Source: Phycisphaerae bacterium (GTDB taxonomy: Bacteria; Planctomycetota; Phycisphaerae; Sedimentisphaerales; Anaerobacaceae). Taken from it: 64,000 nucleotides of DNA. The stretch is from NCBI GenBank assembly GCA_018055905.1, contig JAGPGT010000001.1, positions 1,075 to 65,074 on the forward strand, written 5' to 3'. Position 1 is the stretch's first letter. Every line of letters begins with the position of its first letter. The notes under the pieces were generated by a model. It did not search any database, was not told the DNA's origin, and worked only from the letters and a program-made list of their open reading frames with translations. Position numbers and translations under genes: made by a program. Of this stretch, positions 37,849-46,820 are shown in pieces.

Positions 37849-39177
37849 ATGACGATTGCTTTGAATGATCGGACCGGAAGACGCGTGATCGTTCACGGGA
37901 TGGGACTGGTGTTGATATCACTTGTCCTTCAGGCCGGCGCTGAAATCACGGCCGGTCAACTTGCCGATCCGAACGTCGCAAAGACCCCGACTTTTTCGCA
38001 GGACATTCTAACGAACTGGACCAGCTTCCGGGGCCCGGGTGGGAATGGGCACGCCGCTCTCGCGAATCCCCCATTGAACTGGAGTGCAGAAGACGGCAGG
38101 AATATCCTCTGGAAGGCCAAGGTGCCCAAACATGGCATGAGTTCCCCCGTAGTCTGGGAGGATCGGGTCTTCCTGACCGGTGCCGATGAGGAAAGCCGCC
38201 AGATCTACTGTTTTGACACCAACACGGGCAAGCTGCTCTGGCAGCATGATATACAGGGCATTCCCGGCTCTCCTCCCGACGGCAAGCTGCCCAAGGTGCT
38301 GGACGAAACCGGATTCGCAGCACCCACCGCGACGACGAACGGTCAATATGTCGCGGCCGTCTTTGGCACGGGTGAGCTTGTGTGTGTGAATATGAAGGGG
38401 GATCGCATCTGGGCCAGACATCTGGGGACTCCAAAGAACCACTACGGTCATGCTTCCTCTCTGATGGGTCAGGGACCTCTGCTGTTCGTTCAGTACGATC
38501 AGACAGAGGGCTCGCTCCTTCTGGCGTTTGATCTGGCGTCGGGCAATCCTGCCTGGCGAGTTACACGAAGCACCGTTTCGTGGTCGTCTCCCATCCTCGT
38601 TGACAACAAAGGGAGGATCGAACTGATCCTGACCAACAGCAAGGCCGTCGATAGTTACGATCCGAGCAGCGGCAGACTCCTCTGGCACGTGGAGTGTCTT
38701 ACCGGGGAAGTCGCTTCGTCAGCGGCCTATGCGGATGGTGTCGTGTTCGTCGCCAACGACGGCGCTGTTGCTTCCGCGATTGATGTCGGTACCCACGGTT
38801 CGGAACCGAAGATTCTCTGGCAGTGGGACGAGGCCCTGCCGGATGCGGCCAGTCTTCTGGCCAACGACGATCTCTTGATTGTGCCGACTGGATTTGGAGT
38901 CATCAGTTGTCTCAATGGGAAGACGGGAAAGCGGTTGTGGGAACAGGAGTTTGATAACGGTTTCTACAGTTCCCCCGTCTTGGTGAGCGATCGCGTTTAT
39001 ATCATCGACCTGTCCGGGGCCATGCAGATCTTCCGGATGAGCGAAACGTTCGAACGACTCGGGACTTCCACCATAGGGGAAGATGCCTACGCGACGCCGG
39101 CCTTTGTTGGCGACAGGATCTACATCCGAGGTGTGACTCACCTATTTTGTATTGAGGAGCAGAAGAATGAAGGTTAG
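37849..39177 (+). CDS. Secreted PQQ-like beta-propeller repeat protein, paralog 2
   Basis: [14 protein letters not shown]...[45 protein letters not shown]. Starts 12 nt after paralog 1. Confidence 0.8.
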   Translation: MTIALNDRTGRRVIVHGMGLVLISLVLQAGAEITAGQLADPNVAKTPTFSQDILTNWTSFRGPGGNGHAALANPPLNWSAEDGRNILWKAKVPKHGMSSPVVWEDRVFLTGADEESRQIYCFDTNTGKLLWQHDIQGIPGSPPDGKLPKVLDETGFAAPTATTNGQYVAAVFGTGELVCVNMKGDRIWARHLGTPKNHYGHASSLMGQGPLLFVQYDQTEGSLLLAFDLASGNPAWRVTRSTVSWSSPILVDNKGRIELILTNSKAVDSYDPSSGRLLWHVECLTGEVASSAAYADGVVFVANDGAVASAIDVGTHGSEPKILWQWDEALPDAASLLANDDLLIVPTGFGVISCLNGKTGKRLWEQEFDNGFYSSPVLVSDRVYIIDLSGAMQIFRMSETFERLGTSTIGEDAYATPAFVGDRIYIRGVTHLFCIEEQKNEG

Positions 39178-40513
39178 TACGGCTGTGACAGCAGGGGTCT
39201 TGATGGTAGTCGCCGGCAGTAGTCTGGCCGCGGATTGGCCGCAATGGCGGGGGGCCAATCGCGACGGCAAGTCCGCAGACACAGGGCTTCTTAAGCAATG
39301 GCCTGAGAATGGTCCCCCGTTGGCCTGGAGGTTCGACAGACTCGGCGGGGGCGACGGCGGTCCGGCCGTTGCCGCCGGGCGGATCTTCATCATGAGCAAT
39401 CGCGGCCAGGAGGAAGTGGTCTGGGCCTTGTCCGAGAAGGATGGCAGCGAAATCTGGGTGACACCCCTGGGACCGGCATTTGCCCAACGGGCTTCGCAGG
39501 GACGAGAAGGGCCGGGATGTACCCCGACGGTCGATGGCGAACGCCTCTATGTCGAGGGGCTGGCGGGCAATGTCGCCTGCCTGCAAGTCTCGGACGGCAA
39601 GATCCTCTGGCAGCGCAGTATGACGGAGGATTTCGGCGGGCGCGTGCCCATGTGGAGCTACCGCGAATCGCCCCTCATTGACGGCGACAAAGTCATCGTC
39701 ACTCCCGGCGGGGCCGATGCGATCATGGTCGCCTTGAACAAGCTGACCGGCGAGACGATCTGGAAGGCCAAGATGCCCGACAGTTCGGCCGGCGCTTCTG
39801 AAACCCCAACTGGCCCTGGCGGCGGTCGAGGAGGTCCAGGCGGCCCCGGCGGCGGGGGGGGTGGAGCAGCTTATGCCTCGCCGATCACCATTGACTTCGA
39901 AGGGCAGCGACAGTACGTGCAACTGACCGCAAGAGCCCTCATCGGAGTCGCTGCCTCCGACGGCAAGTTCCTCTGGCGCTACGACAAACCCGCCAATCGC
40001 ATGGGGATCAACTGTGCGACGGCCTTGCACCAAGATGGGATGGTGTTCGCCTCCTCCGCTTACGGCGCGGGCTGCGGTCTGGTCAAACTGAGCAAGAACG
40101 CGGACGGCTCGTTCAAGGCCGAAGAAGTTTACGCCACCACGGAGATGCAGAACCATCACGGCGGCATGATCCTCGTTGATGGCTGCCTTTATGGCGCCAG
40201 CGGCGGCAATGAAGGCGGCGCCCTGGTCTGTCTGGATTTCAAGACAGGCAAGATCCTTTGGGACCAGCGAGCCGCCGTGGGTCGTCGCGCGAAAGGTTCG
40301 TTGGCCTTGGCCGACGGAATGCTCTACTACCGCCTGGAGGACGGCGTCGTGCTTTTGATCGAGCCGAGCCCGCAACAATATGTCGAGCGGGGTCGTTTCG
40401 GACAACCCGATCGCACCAGGCTGCCGGCTTGGGCGCACCCGGTCGTCGCCAACGGCAAATTGTACATCCGAGATCAAGACGTCCTATTCTGCTACGACGT
40501 GAAGGCGAAGTAG
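39167..40513 (+). CDS. Secreted PQQ-like beta-propeller repeat protein, paralog 3 (with Gly-rich insert)
   Basis: Start at [36 protein letters not shown], overlapping paralog 2 by 11 nt. Gly-rich loop [19 protein letters not shown]-terminal [23 protein letters not shown]. Confidence 0.8.
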   Translation: MKVSTAVTAGVLMVVAGSSLAADWPQWRGANRDGKSADTGLLKQWPENGPPLAWRFDRLGGGDGGPAVAAGRIFIMSNRGQEEVVWALSEKDGSEIWVTPLGPAFAQRASQGREGPGCTPTVDGERLYVEGLAGNVACLQVSDGKILWQRSMTEDFGGRVPMWSYRESPLIDGDKVIVTPGGADAIMVALNKLTGETIWKAKMPDSSAGASETPTGPGGGRGGPGGPGGGGGGAAYASPITIDFEGQRQYVQLTARALIGVAASDGKFLWRYDKPANRMGINCATALHQDGMVFASSAYGAGCGLVKLSKNADGSFKAEEVYATTEMQNHHGGMILVDGCLYGASGGNEGGALVCLDFKTGKILWDQRAAVGRRAKGSLALADGMLYYRLEDGVVLLIEPSPQQYVERGRFGQPDRTRLPAWAHPVVANGKLYIRDQDVLFCYDVKAK

Positions 40514-40550
40514 AACCGGATCGATCAATAACCGTGGTTATGTCAGACGT

Positions 40551-40644
40551 GAATCTGCCTCCTATACATTGCTGCCGGCGCGACCACTGTTCCGATTGGC
40601 ATGATCGGAAAACGCCGCGTCGGCGCAATTTTTGAGTCTTGTGG
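40551..40644 (+). repeat. Structured repeat copy 1: nested hairpins followed by a T5 tract (terminator-like or small-RNA-like)
   Basis: Outer stem 40569-40582 / 40616-40628 (GC-rich, one bulge, one G-U). Inner hairpin CCGAT/ATCGG. TTTTT at 40629-40633. About 75% identical to copy 2. Confidence 0.6.
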
Positions 40645-40675
40645 AAACAGATGTAAGCTCAGGTTGTTTTGATTT

Positions 40676-40768
40676 GAATATGCCTCCACAGGTGTTGCCG
40701 GCGCGGTTGCTTCTCCGGTCGGTGTGACTGGAAACGCCGCGCCGGCGCATTTTGAGACTTCCTTGTGG
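40676..40768 (+). repeat. Structured repeat copy 2: nested hairpins followed by a T4 tract
   Basis: Outer stem GCCGGCGCG/CGCGCCGGC (40697-40705 / 40738-40746) plus extension. Inner hairpin CCGGTC/GACTGG. TTTT at 40750-40753. Starts 125 nt after copy 1 with the same GAATNTGCCTCC lead-in. Confidence 0.6.
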
Positions 40769-40911
40769 GAAGAATCTCGGTGTTTCGAGGTCACGACCGG
40801 GTGATACCGAAATTTTGTTCGGCAGGGGGGCACGATCTTTGACTCTCGATGGCCAACTTCAGAGTCTCATCGCGGTCGCTGGGCACAAATCTGAAGTCGG
40901 ACATCGAAAAG

Positions 40912-41589
40912 TCACCCTTTTCCACCGGCCTTGCGGATGGCCTCGATGGCGGCGATGCGGTCGGTTTGGCCGAAGATGGCGTTCCCGGCCACAAGGGTAT
41001 CGGCGCCGTAGGAGACTACGATCGGGGTCGTGTCGGGATCGATGCCGCCGTCGACCTCGACGCGGATATGCGGACCAACCATCCTGCGGACCTCGATGAC
41101 CTTTCGGGCCGCGTCGGCCATGAAGGACTGGCCGCCGAAGCCGGGACGGACGGTCATGACCAAGACCATCTCGCACAGGGGGGCGACCTTGCGGATCGAT
41201 TCAACGGGGGTTTCCGGGTTCAGTGTGATGCCGGCAGTGCAGCCCATCGCGTGAATCTGCTCGACGATTCGCTCGGGTTCGTCCGTCACTTCGATGTGAA
41301 AGGTGATGTTGTTCACACCGGCCTTGGCGAAGGCTTCGATGTACCGGGCCGGCTCGCTGATCATGAGGTGGCTGTCGAAGAAGAGGTCGCTGTGTTTGCG
41401 AAGTTTGGCGATGACAGGGGGGCCGATGGTGATGTTGGGTACAAAATGCCCATCCATGACATCCAGGTGCAGCATCTTGACGCCTGCCGAGGCCACAACG
41501 GCGATCTCATCTGCCAGCCGGGCAAAATCCGCGCTGAGGATGGAGGGGACGATCTCAACCGTGCCGGCTTTCGGCATCTGTTTGTTCAT
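40912..41589 (-). CDS. rpe: Ribulose-phosphate 3-epimerase
   Basis: IVPSILSADFARLADEI, LHLDVMDGHFVPNITIGP, GITLNPETP, VLVMTVRPGFGGQSF, VEVDGGI. Start at MNKQMPKAG (ATG 41589). Confidence 0.9.
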   Translation of the reverse strand: MNKQMPKAGTVEIVPSILSADFARLADEIAVVASAGVKMLHLDVMDGHFVPNITIGPPVIAKLRKHSDLFFDSHLMISEPARYIEAFAKAGVNNITFHIEVTDEPERIVEQIHAMGCTAGITLNPETPVESIRKVAPLCEMVLVMTVRPGFGGQSFMADAARKVIEVRRMVGPHIRVEVDGGIDPDTTPIVVSYGADTLVAGNAIFGQTDRIAAIEAIRKAGGKG

Positions 41590-41592
41590 GGA

Positions 41593-41666
41593 ACCATCCC
41601 TCGTCCGACCAAAGAAACCGGGATGGTGGATCCTGCGATTGTCAAATCGACCGTCGACCATCCCGG
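41593..41666 (-). promoter_or_regulatory. Three-segment alternative RNA pairing between pgk and rpe that can occlude the rpe ribosome-binding site
   Basis: In the mRNA: A CCGGGAUGGU (41666-41657), B ACCAUCCCGG (41627-41618), C GGGAUGGU (41600-41593, ending 3 nt before the rpe AUG). B can pair with A (10 bp) or with C (8 bp). Confidence 0.45.
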
Positions 41667-41683
41667 TTCAAGTCCGACATTGA

Positions 41684-42922
41684 CTATTTATCATCCAAGA
41701 TTTCGATGGCCTTGAATTTCTTGCCTTCGAGGAATTCGAGGGAGGCGCCGCCGCCGGTGGAGATGTGACTGATCTTGTCCTGCAGGCCCAGCTGCTCGAT
41801 GGCGCTGGCGCTGTCGCCGCCGCCGACGATGCTCTTGGCGCCGTTCGCGGTCGCCTGGGCAACCGCCTGGGCGATGGCTTTGGTACCTTGGTCGAAGGGC
41901 GGGATCTCAAATACACCCATCGGTCCGTTCCAGCAGATGGTCTTGGCGTCCACGATCTTCTCGGCGAATTCTTTGCGGGCCATCGGCCCAATGTCCACGG
42001 CTTGCCAGCCCGGATCGATGTCGCCGACCGCGATTCGATGTTCCGCGCCGGCCTCCAGCTTTCGGACGACCGCATGGTCCGGCGGGAGCAGGACTTCGCA
42101 GTTTTTATCCGCGGCACGGTCCAGCAGCTCTTGGGCTTTGTCGAGGAAATCGTCCTCGACCCGGCTGCCGCCGATGGCCTTCCCTCGCGTCTTCAAAAAC
42201 GTATAGGCCATCGCGCCGCCGATGATGATGCGGTCGACCTTGCCGATCAAGTTTTCGATGACGCCGATCTTGTCGGAGACCTTAGCCCCGCCGAGGATGG
42301 CGACGAACGGATGCACCGGGTTGCTGATGGTCTCGCCGAGGAATTTCAGCTCTTTCTCGATCAGGAAGCCGATCACACGGGGCTTACCCTCCATAACCTG
42401 AGGCACCGTGTACATCGAAGCGTTGTCGCGGTGGGCGGTGCCGAAAGCGTCGTCGACGTAGATGTCCGCCATCGCCGCCAACTTCTTGGCGAAGTTGTCC
42501 TTCGCGTCACGAAGCTGCTTGTCCTCCTTGGCGGCCTTGTCCTTGATGACCTCTTCCCGGTTGAAGCGCAGGTTCTCCAGGAGCAGGACATCGCCAGGTT
42601 TGAGGGCTTTGGCCTTGGCGGTGGCGTCCGGACCGACGCTGTCGTCGGCGAAGATCACCTTTTTCCCAAGCAGTTCGGAAAGCCGCACGGCCACCGGCTT
42701 GAGGGTGTACGCGTCATCGCGGGCGCCCTCGGGCCGGCCCAGATGGCTCATCAGGATCAGACTGCCGCCACGATTGAGCACGTTTTGGATCGTCGGCAGC
42801 GCCTTGACGATGCGATCGTCGCTGGTGATGTTGCCATTGTCGTCCTGCGGCACGTTGAAATCGACCCGCATCAGGACCTTCTTGCCTTTGACATCGACAT
42901 CCGCAACCGTTTTCTTGGCCAT
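41684..42922 (-). CDS. pgk: Phosphoglycerate kinase
   Basis: VLMRVDFNVP, ILMSHLGRP, VLLLENLRFN, AFGTAHR, GGAKVSDKI, STGGGASLEFLEG. Confidence 0.95.
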   Translation of the reverse strand: MAKKTVADVDVKGKKVLMRVDFNVPQDDNGNITSDDRIVKALPTIQNVLNRGGSLILMSHLGRPEGARDDAYTLKPVAVRLSELLGKKVIFADDSVGPDATAKAKALKPGDVLLLENLRFNREEVIKDKAAKEDKQLRDAKDNFAKKLAAMADIYVDDAFGTAHRDNASMYTVPQVMEGKPRVIGFLIEKELKFLGETISNPVHPFVAILGGAKVSDKIGVIENLIGKVDRIIIGGAMAYTFLKTRGKAIGGSRVEDDFLDKAQELLDRAADKNCEVLLPPDHAVVRKLEAGAEHRIAVGDIDPGWQAVDIGPMARKEFAEKIVDAKTICWNGPMGVFEIPPFDQGTKAIAQAVAQATANGAKSIVGGGDSASAIEQLGLQDKISHISTGGGASLEFLEGKKFKAIEILDDK

Positions 42923-43048
42923 AAAATCCCCTTTGAATGAATCTTTACCATTTACGACTGACGGTTTGGCGTCGGCGGCGACCCCCCATAACCTCCGAGA
43001 GGACGACGCCGACGCTCAAATCGCAAATCATCAATCATAAATCGTAAA

Positions 43049-44071
43049 TTACTTCAGCTTCGCGATTCTCTCCAGCAAGTCGACGCTGCGGCAGGAGTAA
43101 CCCCACTCGTTGTCGTACCACATCGTGACCTTGACCATGTCGCCGTCGAGGACCATCGTGTTGGTGCTGTCGAAGATCGAGCTGTGCGGATTGTGAATGA
43201 TGTCCGTCGACACGATCGGATCGGTGACGTACTCGATGATGCCCTTCATCGGGCCTTCCGCCGCGGCCTTCATTGCTCCGTTGATCTCTTCGACCGTTGT
43301 TTTCTTGGCGGCCAGGAAAGTCAGATCCGTGATTGAACCGGTGGGCACCGGAATCCGTAGGGCATAGCCGTGCAGTTTGCCCTTGAGGGCCGGGATAACC
43401 TCCCCTAAGGCCTTGGCGGCACCGGTGGTCGAGGGCACCGTGTTGATCGCGGCCGCTCGTCCGCGACGTTTGTCCTTATAGGGCATGTCGAGGATCGCCT
43501 GGTCGTTGGTGTAGGCGTGTACCGTGGTCATCAGACCCTTGACGATGCCGATCTTCTCGTGAAGGACTTTGCAGGCCGGGGCCAGCGAGTTTGTTGTACA
43601 GGAGGCGTTCGAGATGCACTTCATCGAGGCGTTGAGCTCGTTGTCGTTGACACCCAACACGATGGTGCCGTCCGGCTTGTCCTTGGCTGGAGCGCTGAGC
43701 AACACTCGCTTGGCTCCGGCCGCCAAATGGCTGTCGTAGCCCGGCTTGCCGTCGGCGGCCCGGGAGGTGAACTTGCCGGTTGACTCGAGCACGACATCCA
43801 CGCCCTTGGCGCCCCACGGCAACTTGGACGGGTCTTTCTCGGCCAGAATCGGGATCTCTTTGCCGTTGATGACCAAGGCGCTGCCCTTGGCCTCGACCTT
43901 GCCGGGGAACTTGCCCTGGGTCGAGTCGTATCGGAACATGTAGGCCAGCATGTCAGCGTCGAACAGATCGTTGATTGCCACGACGTCGAACCTGTCGAAC
44001 TTGTCGGCCATCGCGCGGAGTACCAGCCGGCCGATACGACCGAAACCGTTGATTCCTATCTTTGTTGCCAT
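43049..44071 (-). CDS. gap: Glyceraldehyde-3-phosphate dehydrogenase, type I
   Basis: [29 protein letters not shown] (active-site Cys), WYDNEWGYS. Confidence 0.95.
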   Translation of the reverse strand: MATKIGINGFGRIGRLVLRAMADKFDRFDVVAINDLFDADMLAYMFRYDSTQGKFPGKVEAKGSALVINGKEIPILAEKDPSKLPWGAKGVDVVLESTGKFTSRAADGKPGYDSHLAAGAKRVLLSAPAKDKPDGTIVLGVNDNELNASMKCISNASCTTNSLAPACKVLHEKIGIVKGLMTTVHAYTNDQAILDMPYKDKRRGRAAAINTVPSTTGAAKALGEVIPALKGKLHGYALRIPVPTGSITDLTFLAAKKTTVEEINGAMKAAAEGPMKGIIEYVTDPIVSTDIIHNPHSSIFDSTNTMVLDGDMVKVTMWYDNEWGYSCRSVDLLERIAKLK

Positions 44072-44163
44072 GTACTTTTCTCCTTTTTTTAATCCTGCCG
44101 TTGGTTAGTGCGGCTCCATTATGGTCAGACCCCGTACCTGCCGGAGGGGAAAACAAAGGCCTT

Positions 44164-44192
44164 ACTGTAGTGGGGGGACGAAACCCTGTCAA
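44164..44192 (-). promoter_or_regulatory. Promoter TTGACA-N17-TACAGT for gap-pgk-rpe
   Basis: On the minus strand, TTGACA is plus 44187-44192 and TACAGT is plus 44164-44169, with a 17-nt spacer. Implies a leader of ~85 nt ending in AAAGGAGAAAAG before ATG 44071. Confidence 0.6.
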
Positions 44193-44726
44193 GGATTTAT
44201 TACCCCTTCCAGGAACCACCAGAAAACAGGACGGACAGATTGTTTGTTTGCCGTGAAAACATTTTGTGGCCAACCTACGACCGGATTGCCGGCCGACCAC
44301 AATCAACATCGCGATAATCCGTCGTAACGTCAACATAAATGGTTTCGACAATTTCCCTCTTGAACGTCACAGACACTCCGATCTGCAGACGGATTGAAAA
44401 CCCCTACAAAAGTTGTCATTGTCGTGGAAGAGCAGATTCTATCGGACGTTGCCTAGCTCGGCAGGTCTCGCATCCAGCGACGCACAAGTGTGCGGATCGC
44501 CGCAAACCCTGTATGTCCAATGCGTTCTATTGGTCCTACGGTAGGCACAGGACAAACAAAACCTATGGACCTTACAACCGCCATACACAAAGATAGCCTT
44601 TGCTGCGGTTTCATTTCTTGAACCGCCGAATGGCTCAATGCCAATGATCACCCCTGGGAATGACGATAAAAAAGGAGATTTGGGACGAGATGCGCGATTG
44701 TGTCTGGGGAATCCAGGGGTTTGTCC

Positions 44727-44754
44727 TTGAATTGCCCGTCGAATAATGTACAAT
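44727..44754 (+). promoter_or_regulatory. Candidate promoter TTGAAT-N16-TACAAT for the RCC1-repeat gene
   Basis: TTGAAT 44727-44732, a 16-nt spacer, TACAAT 44749-44754. Lies 88 nt upstream of ATG 44842. Confidence 0.45.
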
Positions 44755-44841
44755 AGAAAGGGCCGGCTGGGTGCGATGAGCCCGCTGGGGTTCCAGTGTG
44801 GAGGCTGGGGTTAAGAGCCGTTGTCAGAGAGTGTTGCCTTC

Positions 44842-46710
44842 ATGAGGACAGACGTACGAATTCATGAAGTTCCAGCCGTGTGGGCGGGACGACTGATCGT
44901 TCTGGGGTTGCTTATCGCCGCTCCGGTCGTGTGTCATGCCCAGCCGGGACAGGTGTTTGCTTGGGGCGAAAGCCTAGGCGGGCGTTCGAACGCGGTGCCG
45001 AGCCGGGAGTGCATGGCTGTCGCTGCCGGCGGTTACCACAGCTTGGCCTTGCTTGTCGACGGTTCGCTCATGGCGTGGGGGGAGAATTCCTCGGGCCAAT
45101 GCAACATTCCTTACGGCAACAACTTCGTCGCGATCGCGGCGGGGATGTATCACAGCCTCGCGCTGAGAGCCGACGGCACCGTCATCGCCTGGGGCGACAA
45201 CTCGCGGGGGCAGTGTTCGGTGCCTCGGAGCGCCAAGTTTCGAGCTATTGCAGCAGGCACCTGGCATAGCTTGGCGATTCGCATGGACGGCTCGATCGCC
45301 GCATGGGGCTGGAACGAAGCCCGACAGTGTGACCCGCCGCCGGGTAAGGATTACGTGGAGGTCGCCGGCGGCTACTATCACAGCTTGGCTCTCAGAACCG
45401 ACGGCACGCTCGTCGCCTGGGGAGGTAACGGCGACGGCCAGTCCAGTGTTCCCGAAGGCAGAAATTTCGTCCATATCGCAGCAGGCACTATGCATAGTCT
45501 CGCGGTCCGGTCGGACGGCACGCTCGTTGCTTGGGGACGCAACTCCGAAGGCCAATGTAAAACTCCATCGGGTAACAACTTCATCGCTGTGGCCGCCGGA
45601 TCGCTTCACAACCTTGCTCTCCGCCGCGACGGTCGAATCGAAGCCTGGGGCCAGGACAACTACGGGCAGTGCGCAGTTCCTGAGGGGGGCCGGTACGCTG
45701 CGATCTCCGCCGGGAATTTCCACAGTCTGGCCATCCGGGATTTGCGAAAACAATTCACGACGATCGAAGTTGTTCCAGCGGCTCCACCCATTGAAACGTC
45801 GGTTCCGGCGGTCAAGCCGCGATCCGAGCCTGCAGAACCGATCCAGATCGACAGGGCAGGGCTGCTGACAAACGTGGAAATCGGCACTCCACTGACCGAT
45901 TCGGGCCTTGTGGGGCAGACCCAGTCCGGTCTTGCCGATCTGGTGCTCAGCAATCAGATTCCCGACGCCGATTCGGCACGGACGGAGAACCTGTTGCACC
46001 GTCTGGAACAGCAGCAGCGGATTCCGAGCAAACCCATCGAAACGGCTGACGCAGCCTCGCCCACCAAGAGCGCACAGCCGCAGGTCAAGGATCCGAACGC
46101 TGCGTCTGCCATTGCGAAGAAAGCCGATCCGACCCAGGCGATAACGCCTGCGACCATTCCGGCTCCCGTTTCTCAGGCGTCGATCGCGGACAAGCCGACC
46201 CAAACGCAGCAACTTAAAGATCCGAACGCTCCGCGGGGCGAGACGGTAAAAGCCCCCCTCTCGATCGAACCAGACAAACCTGCCGCGGCGGTGGCGGTTG
46301 CGGAACCGAACAAGCCCTCGATCAACTTTGATGATCCTGCGAGTCAGGGTTTTGCACCCGGCGTCTATATTGGGGTGATCGAGAATGCCGCGCCGGTCTA
46401 CCACTTCGTTTCGACGACCTCGAAGCGACATTTCTGTACCATCAGCGAAGAAGAGAAGTACAAGATCCTCGACACGCAGCCGACCGCCTGGAAGTATCAG
46501 GGTATCGCATTCTTCGCCTATCCCGAAGGCCAACAGCCCGAAGGCGCCCGACCGGTTTACCGCTTCTGGTCCGACAGCCTCAAGCAGCATTTCTACACCA
46601 TGGACGAAGCCACCAAGGACATGATGATCAAAGAGCTGTCCAAGTCCTGGAAGTTCGAAGGCATCGCCTGGTACGCTCCTGCCCCCAAGCAGCCGGGGCA
46701 GAAGAAGTGA
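44842..46710 (+). CDS. Secreted RCC1-repeat (beta-propeller) protein with Pro/Ala/Lys-rich linker and two C-terminal DUF5648-type repeats
   Basis: Repeats of the form GGYHSLAL..DGS..AWG.N..GQC..P (7+ copies). C-terminal PVYHFVSTTSKRHFCT...WKYQGIAFFAY and PVYRFWSDSLKQHFYT...WKFEGIAWYA. Confidence 0.8.
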   Translation: MRTDVRIHEVPAVWAGRLIVLGLLIAAPVVCHAQPGQVFAWGESLGGRSNAVPSRECMAVAAGGYHSLALLVDGSLMAWGENSSGQCNIPYGNNFVAIAAGMYHSLALRADGTVIAWGDNSRGQCSVPRSAKFRAIAAGTWHSLAIRMDGSIAAWGWNEARQCDPPPGKDYVEVAGGYYHSLALRTDGTLVAWGGNGDGQSSVPEGRNFVHIAAGTMHSLAVRSDGTLVAWGRNSEGQCKTPSGNNFIAVAAGSLHNLALRRDGRIEAWGQDNYGQCAVPEGGRYAAISAGNFHSLAIRDLRKQFTTIEVVPAAPPIETSVPAVKPRSEPAEPIQIDRAGLLTNVEIGTPLTDSGLVGQTQSGLADLVLSNQIPDADSARTENLLHRLEQQQRIPSKPIETADAASPTKSAQPQVKDPNAASAIAKKADPTQAITPATIPAPVSQASIADKPTQTQQLKDPNAPRGETVKAPLSIEPDKPAAAVAVAEPNKPSINFDDPASQGFAPGVYIGVIENAAPVYHFVSTTSKRHFCTISEEEKYKILDTQPTAWKYQGIAFFAYPEGQQPEGARPVYRFWSDSLKQHFYTMDEATKDMMIKELSKSWKFEGIAWYAPAPKQPGQKK

Positions 46711-46820
46711 GGCCATCCGATCCTGCTGCCAGAGCACATAACTTCTTCCAAACGCCCATTAGGGGTGTGCCAGGACCCTGCCAACCCAGTTTCGCCGGAT
46801 GAACCGGCGGATCTGAACCG

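Noticed and set aside
39002-40477. 491-aa minus-strand ORF
   Set aside because: Antisense to PQQ-propeller paralog 3; compositionally a mirror-frame artefact.
41655-41676. tRNA T-arm-like sequence CCCGGTTCAAGTCCGAC
   Set aside because: The 3' half of the would-be T-stem does not pair (CCGAC versus the required CCGGG). No acceptor, D or anticodon arms can be placed upstream. The sequence is better explained as segment A of the pgk-rpe alternative pairing.
41765-42940. 391-aa plus-strand ORF
   Set aside because: Antisense to pgk, one of the most confidently identified genes in the window.
44339-44753. ORFs 44339..44596 (+) and 44439..44753 (-) in the long gap-RCC1 intergenic region
   Set aside because: Highly basic, Cys/Arg/His-rich translations with no start context, in a lower-GC region. 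Not supported as genes.
44974-46737. 587-aa minus-strand ORF
   Set aside because: Antisense to the RCC1-repeat gene; Arg-rich nonsense translation.
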